From NCBI GenBank assembly GCA_964386535.1, contig CAYLRY010000003.1, positions 39,210-103,209 of the forward strand: a stretch of 64,000 nt of DNA. Reading direction: 5' to 3'. Every line of letters begins with the position of its first letter. The stretch's first letter is position 1. Made by a program: the position numbers and the translations under genes. Shown piece by piece: positions 58,604 through 64,000 of the stretch. The DNA is from an uncultured Dehalococcoidales bacterium. GTDB taxonomy: Bacteria > Chloroflexota > Dehalococcoidia > Dehalococcoidales > UBA3254. Below the pieces are notes generated by a model. That model was not told the DNA's origin, ran no database searches, and saw nothing but the letters and a program-made list of their open reading frames with translations.

Positions 58604-59488
58604 TTATTTAGCAACTTTCCTATCATCCAGGTTAGTCCCTGAGTAACTGGATGTGAGAAAGGCTTCCAGACAGTATATCGGTTTGTTTATTTTCTTAAAG
58701 TTGAGAGGGCAATGATAAACCCCTGGCGGGATGGCTACTATGGTGGGACCGGTAATAACATGTTTTTCGCGCTCTTCCCCAAAAGAAAGTTCCACCTCCG
58801 CGTCAAACTCCTTCATATCCATAGGATTGGATCCGAAGAAATAAAAGAATTCTGTGAACTCATGTTTATGGGTTACATCATGGAACATATAGGGTTTTCT
58901 CACTAGGGTTATCCCCAGGCTCAATTTGGCCGCCGCCGGTACCAGATTGTCCGGTACTTTACTTAATGAGATCCCTTCACCACCCCATTTATTGGCTGAT
59001 ACAACGTCCTTGATTACGTACCTTTTATAGTTAGTTTCCGGTATTCTAATCTCCACAGATTCCTTTTCTTCTTCCAGTTTTATTTCAGTACGTTTGGTGG
59101 CCATAAAAGCCTCCAGGCAGTATATCGGCTGCTGGATTTTAGCGAAATTCAGGGGACAATGGTAGACCATGGGAGCCATAATGGCGATCGCAGGGCTGTT
59201 AATCAATTGCTTTTCACGCTCTTCTCCGAAGGAATATTCTACCTCTGCCTCAAAATCATTCATGCAGGGGCCTGAGCCAAAGAAAAAGAAGTATTCGGTG
59301 AAGGTGTGCCTGTGGACGGGTTCATGGAACATATAGGCGTTTCGCACGGCAGTGATCCCCAGTGTCATCTTGGCTTCCGCCGGAACGATGCCGTCTGGTA
59401 TTTTACTCAGGGAAATGCCCTGGCCGCCCCATTTATTATCTGCCACCACGTCAGTGATAAAATAACGGGCATACTTCATATCAGTCAT
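58604..59488 (-). CDS. Tandem bicupin-like protein, function unknown
   Basis: Two homologous halves of about 140 aa, each with HxHxxxE...YHCPL cupin metal motifs. Confidence 0.75.
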   Translation of the reverse strand: MTDMKYARYFITDVVADNKWGGQGISLSKIPDGIVPAEAKMTLGITAVRNAYMFHEPVHRHTFTEYFFFFGSGPCMNDFEAEVEYSFGEEREKQLINSPAIAIMAPMVYHCPLNFAKIQQPIYCLEAFMATKRTEIKLEEEKESVEIRIPETNYKRYVIKDVVSANKWGGEGISLSKVPDNLVPAAAKLSLGITLVRKPYMFHDVTHKHEFTEFFYFFGSNPMDMKEFDAEVELSFGEEREKHVITGPTIVAIPPGVYHCPLNFKKINKPIYCLEAFLTSSYSGTNLDDRKVAK

Positions 59489-60913
59489 TACCTGTCAACC
59501 TCCTTTTTCTAAATTATTATGAAAATTATTGAATACAAACCAGCCAGGGAAATAGCCGGGTCTGTGGATATCACAATAAGGGATTTCAGGAAGGGTGTCA
59601 ATAGCATTATTCCGGGTGGTTTTGAGGAGTACCGCTTTAAGTGCCGTAAACCGCCAACCCCCCGAAGATGATAATACAGATGGCCTGATAAAGAAAATTA
59701 TTCTACCCGAATAACACCTGCCGGAAAAAAACGGGCGCGGCTTAAGACAAAAATAACCACCAATACCAGGCAGATGCTGGAGAGCAGTTCAGTACACATA
59801 TCAAACATGGACATCAATTTACCTTTACGCTTCCTCAGTGGTCATAAGGTAGTAAAGATAGGCAAAGACGGTGCTCAGGATCCACAGCGGATGCCAGCCA
59901 GTCTGAAGCCAGTCCTAAAAATCATCATACTTTTGCCCGGGGTCGTTTTTATCTATTCTCATAAGCTTCCCTTGATATTATGTATAACGATATTTTTTTA
60001 CATGTCCAATCCAAAAAACCAAGTCCGGATGTCTTCCAACTCTACAAGAGGAAAAAGTGACCAGGTCTACTCGTATGAGCCTCTTCCATACTGGCCAAAT
60101 AAGCAACAAATACGAAGGCACCGGTTCTAAGAGGGAAATCCCCCTTGATCTCTCCCTGGTTAAGAAAAGGTCCATGGGCACGCTCTTTGCCAAAGCTAAG
60201 CATACCCCATAACTTCGCTGGACACAAGAAATATGATTTGAAAACATGCTGTAAATTTGCATAGCTTTAGAATTGTAATCAGGTAAAATCTTACATTAAT
60301 TATCTCATACCATGCCAAATTATTATTTAAAGATTTCGTTAAGTGATTTCAATTTATAATACTCATTTTTTCCTCCACTAAAGACAATGTGGATATTTCA
60401 ATGATACACAGGCAGGAATCTACCCCTTTCCTGTTCTCGACTATTTACCAGCTCGAAGCGTGCGAAATACCCCAGTTTTCTCCGGGACTACAGTATCCCT
60501 GAGCCTGTTTTCAATATGTATTTGGCTCCAGTGCAAAAAGGTCTTAATACTGAATTTTTAGCAAATTTTCGAAGCTAACTTTCCAAATAAAACGTTCAAA
60601 TACTACCTTTTTGCAGCATAATCATATTTGTAAATAGTGGAACAAAAGTGTAGAGTTGAAAGACTGGTTCAATTGCGATTTTTCATAGTTTTTGCCGTTA
60701 ATACCTTTTTACACCCTTATGCCTTCTAGCAAATAGACCAGATGCAATATAGTCAATTATAAACCGTTTAAAGTAATTCCTCCCGGGAAGTAATAGCACA
60801 ATTTCCCGGAATTCCGTCTGATGCATCAGGATATACCAGTTATACGCCGATCCACTAAGATAAACCGGTTCATCTCCATAAATTATAATGGAAGAATTGA
60901 GAAGGAGGTACAT

Positions 60914-61105
60914 ATGGGATATAGTTCGATGAAGATTTCCGAAAACAGGGAGTACATTGAATCTGATCGCTGGAGGTGTAATAAAAGTCCGAGCGGAGCC
61001 CACCACTGGATCATCCACAGTCAGGAAATGACTTGCAAATATTGTGACTTAAGCAAACAGATTAATTCAGCCAGCTCTGCATGGCCTAAAACTGAGACCA
61101 GGTGA
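60914..61105 (+). CDS. 63-aa Cys/His-rich small protein (putative zinc-binding)
   Basis: AAGGAGGT RBS; C-x2-SPSGAHHW-x7-CKYC. Confidence 0.7.
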   Translation: MGYSSMKISENREYIESDRWRCNKSPSGAHHWIIHSQEMTCKYCDLSKQINSASSAWPKTETR

Positions 61106-61311
61106 AACGTTCAATAATATCCAGAACAGGCAAATACCCGCCTTGTCTAATATGAAGCAATATCACCTCTAAAAATATTGAAAATAGCGAATTATTACCC
61201 TTAATATCCATTTCTGTACTTTAAAATGGAAGACGAAAAAGTTTGTTTTCAAATCCTTAATTGCCGTTTAATTGCCTTAAATTGGATAAAAAATCATATA
61301 AGATAGTAATT

Positions 61312-61638
61312 ATGTCACTGGAGTATATGATGAAGAAAAAGGAAGAGGACTCAGCCGAAGAGAATACACGGAAAGAGAAGTTTAAAGCTGAGGAAGCCAA
61401 GTTACTGGTCAAAGAACAGGCAAGGACCCAGGCCTATTTAGCTAAAGAGCATGAAATTGAAAAGGCGCAAAAAATCAAGGAAACCCAGAGGGCAAAAAAC
61501 CTTGCAGATGAAGAGATACGTGAGCTGGCCAAGGAAAAAGCCCGGAAGGAAGCTTACCTGGCCAGGGAGAAAATAATAGCTGCTGAACAGGAAGCCAGAA
61601 GGTTAAAAAATACAAAAATCAACCAGATTAAGCTGTAA
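61312..61638 (+). CDS. Charged alpha-helical/coiled-coil protein with internal repeat
   Basis: E/K/A-rich; repeated ARxxAYLAxE. Start uncertain (61312 or 61327). Confidence 0.6.
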   Translation: MSLEYMMKKKEEDSAEENTRKEKFKAEEAKLLVKEQARTQAYLAKEHEIEKAQKIKETQRAKNLADEEIRELAKEKARKEAYLAREKIIAAEQEARRLKNTKINQIKL

Positions 61639-61828
61639 AAAAGGATTGGCTTCTGCTCAAAATATCAGGGACCTATTTCACTGGTATTCAAGGCCTGATT
61701 TTACAACTATCAGATAAGGATAAACCGATATCATTACATTGACCGGGTAAGCTGTTTGTGGCGGAGAGCTGTAAAATGTTATAATTAAACAGTTGTGTTG
61801 GCGGGTGGAGGAATAGGAATTGCTCGTT

Positions 61829-61863
61829 AAAGCCCTCGCTGTATCAGGCGAGGGCTTTTTTTG
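61829..61863. terminator. Intrinsic terminator hairpin upstream of the alpha/beta hydrolase
   Basis: AAAGCCCTCGC-N8-GCGAGGGCTTT followed by a T run. Confidence 0.75.
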
Positions 61864-61884
61864 GGTGAAAAAGGATGAGATTAT

Positions 61885-62673
61885 TTGAAAAATACTTTGC
61901 ATAGCGCCAGGATCAGAGTCGACGATCTGGATGTTCATTACCTGACCGGCGGCCAAGGCGATCCCCTATTGGTAGTCCACGGTGGTACCGGAGGAGCACG
62001 GGACTGGCTTTTAAATATGGAGCAATTGACTGATAAATATACTGTTTATGTGCCGGACATGCCCGGCTTCGGTCTGACTGAACCGCTTGCAGGTGATTAT
62101 CATGTCCCGCAGGCAACTGACTTTCTTGAAGGATTTACTGGAAAACTGGGGCTAAGCCGTTTTCATCTTTTGGGTCATTCTTTCGGCGGCAGCATTGCAC
62201 TTAATTATGCCCTAACATTTCCGTACCAGATTACCAAACTAGTTTTGGTCAGTAGTCTGGGACTGGGCAAAGAAATTGCTTTCTGGATTCGCTGGACCGC
62301 CAATAAGCCGGTGTGCCGCTATTTTGGCAGATCGGCGCTCGGATTGTTGAAGGCCATAAAATGGCTGATCAAGCACCTTTTTTTACCCCTGGATTTTAAT
62401 TTACCCTTTTCTGAAACCAGTCTGTCTCTGGGAAGCAGTGTGACCGGCTTCCGTGTTCAAAACAACAACACTGCAGGCAGGCTTTCCGAGCTGGCGATGC
62501 CGACGCTGGTAGTATGGGGCGCACGTGATCCCGTCGTGCCTTTCCGGCAGGCTTATGCCGCCGGACAGATCATCCCCAATTGCCAGGTCAGGGTCTTCGA
62601 AGGCAGCGGGCACAGCGTGTATCGAGAAAGATTGGATGAATTCAGCGAGATCTTGCGCAGTTTTTTAGGTTAG
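61885..62673 (+). CDS. Alpha/beta-fold hydrolase
   Basis: VVHG, PDMPGFG, GHSFGG nucleophile elbow, WGARD, GH. Confidence 0.9.
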   Translation: MKNTLHSARIRVDDLDVHYLTGGQGDPLLVVHGGTGGARDWLLNMEQLTDKYTVYVPDMPGFGLTEPLAGDYHVPQATDFLEGFTGKLGLSRFHLLGHSFGGSIALNYALTFPYQITKLVLVSSLGLGKEIAFWIRWTANKPVCRYFGRSALGLLKAIKWLIKHLFLPLDFNLPFSETSLSLGSSVTGFRVQNNNTAGRLSELAMPTLVVWGARDPVVPFRQAYAAGQIIPNCQVRVFEGSGHSVYRERLDEFSEILRSFLG

Positions 62674-62879
62674 TCTTTTAATCTTAAGCCCGGCAGGCTA
62701 ATACATTTACTCAAAGTATTTAGGTGAAGATATTTTCCTTATTCATCAGAAGAGGAATTGTGAAAACCGGCTGTTATGCAGGTGTCCCGCAGATTGCTTC
62801 TTTGAACAACTATTAAGCTTTACAAAACAAATCTCCCGCTGTATTCTAAAATCGTAAATAAGCAGAACAGGAGAAACAA

Positions 62880-64000
62880 GTGTACCAGGCGCCCCGCGGA
62901 ACCAGTGATATTTTACCGGAAGACCAGCCTTACTGGCGGTATATTGAGCAAAAAGCGGCTGAAGTAGCCAGCCTTTTCGGTTATAAACGCATCGATACAC
63001 CGGTTTTTGAAGAGACCAGCCTTTTCATCCGGGGAGTAGGCGAAGGCACAGATATCGTACAAAAGGAGATGTATACCTTCGAGGACCGGGGAGGCAACCA
63101 GATCACGCTACGGCCGGAAGGAACAGCCCCCATCTGCCGGGCTTACCTGGAGCACGGCATGCAAAACCTGCCGCAGCCGGTCAAGCTGTACAATCTGGCC
63201 GCCTGTTATCGCTATGAGCGTCCTCAGGCAGGACGCCTGCGGGAGTTTCACCAGTTCGGCTATGAGGCCATAGGAGAGGCCGATCCGTTGGTGGATGCGG
63301 AAGTCATCAATATGGCCTGGCAGTTTTTCAACTCGCTGGGCATGGCTAAATTGCATCTTAAGATCAACAGCATTGGCTGTAAAAACTGCCGTCCGGTCTA
63401 CCTGGCTAAGCTGAAAGAATATTACTATGGGAAAAGCGGGGAATTGTGTGCGGACTGCAAGTCCAGGCTGGAAAGGAACCCCTTAAGGCTACTGGACTGC
63501 AAGAATCCTTTTTGCCAGCAATTGGCTTCCGGAGCGCCCAAAAACCATGAACAGCTCTGCCCGGAATGCGCCTCCCATTTTGAGCAGCTTAAAAAGTATC
63601 TCAGCCTGCTGGGACTACCCCTGGAGATCGATCATTGCCTGGTCAGGGGATTGGACTATTACACCCGCACGGTCTTTGAAATTCAGCCCGAAATCGAAGG
63701 CGGCCAGAGCACCATCGGTGGAGGAGGGCGCTATGACAGCCTTATCGAAGAATTAGGGGGTAAATCCACTCCAGCCATCGGTTTTGCCGCCGGCATTGAG
63801 CGCATCATCGTTAATCTCAAAAAACAGAATACTGCCATCCCCCCCTTACCGGGTCCGGAGGTCTTTATCGCAGCCATGGGGGACCCGGCCAGAGAAGCCG
63901 CTTTCAAGCTGGCAGACGCTCTGCGCAGGAAAGGCCTCCGCCTTGTACTGGCTACCGGCGCCAGGAGCCTTAAAGCTCAGTTGAGGCAGGCTAACGCCAC
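62880..64000 (+). CDS. hisS: Histidine--tRNA ligase, 3'-truncated by window edge (absent from ORF track)
   Basis: AGGAG then GTG 62880; YQAPRGT.DILPE, TDIVQKEMYTF, LRPEGTA, RYERPQAGRLREFHQ, LVRGLDYY, GGGRYD. Confidence 0.95.
   Translation, partial: MYQAPRGTSDILPEDQPYWRYIEQKAAEVASLFGYKRIDTPVFEETSLFIRGVGEGTDIVQKEMYTFEDRGGNQITLRPEGTAPICRAYLEHGMQNLPQPVKLYNLAACYRYERPQAGRLREFHQFGYEAIGEADPLVDAEVINMAWQFFNSLGMAKLHLKINSIGCKNCRPVYLAKLKEYYYGKSGELCADCKSRLERNPLRLLDCKNPFCQQLASGAPKNHEQLCPECASHFEQLKKYLSLLGLPLEIDHCLVRGLDYYTRTVFEIQPEIEGGQSTIGGGGRYDSLIEELGGKSTPAIGFAAGIERIIVNLKKQNTAIPPLPGPEVFIAAMGDPAREAAFKLADALRRKGLRLVLATGARSLKAQLRQANA

Noticed and set aside
59825-59962. Minus-strand MRIDKNDPGQKYDDF*DWLQTGWHPLW... 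with in-frame TAG at 59915-59917 as possible pyrrolysine recoding
   Set aside because: No pyl genes in the window, and the surrounding 59.6-60.3 kb has multiple stops and frameshifts, so a decayed membrane-protein gene is more likely.

Overview
A 64-kb bacterial chromosomal segment. The gene content and order suggest an anaerobic Dehalococcoidia-like Chloroflexota (inference from the blocks apgM-like/ask, TPR/gyrA, alpha2-type glyQS/sbcD and hisS, and from many Fe-S, flavoprotein and family-5 ABC genes). Housekeeping features: tRNA-Pro(CGG), tRNA-Sec, aspartate kinase, gyrA, glyQS, sbcD and a partial hisS that the ORF track missed. Accessory features: an organosulfur/redox block (arylsulfotransferase-like, AprA/AprB-like pair, anaerobic sulfatase maturase), a divergent Ddl-like ATP-grasp + HEXXH metallopeptidase pair, an IS1380 scar, an AbrB/RelE-like toxin-antitoxin pair, a DrrAB-like exporter, an internally deleted heliorhodopsin, a UGA-split UxxC peroxiredoxin-like selenoprotein, SNF2+SWIM, a bzdNOPQ-type class I benzoyl-CoA reductase, a P-type ATPase and a bicupin. 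Non-coding signals read directly from the sequence: a 16-bp motif shared upstream of two sigma70 promoters, several structured leaders (notably before ask), and a dispersed hairpin repeat with compensatory changes. No CRISPR array, rRNA or intact transposase was seen. Family assignments come from motif recognition only; no database searches were run.
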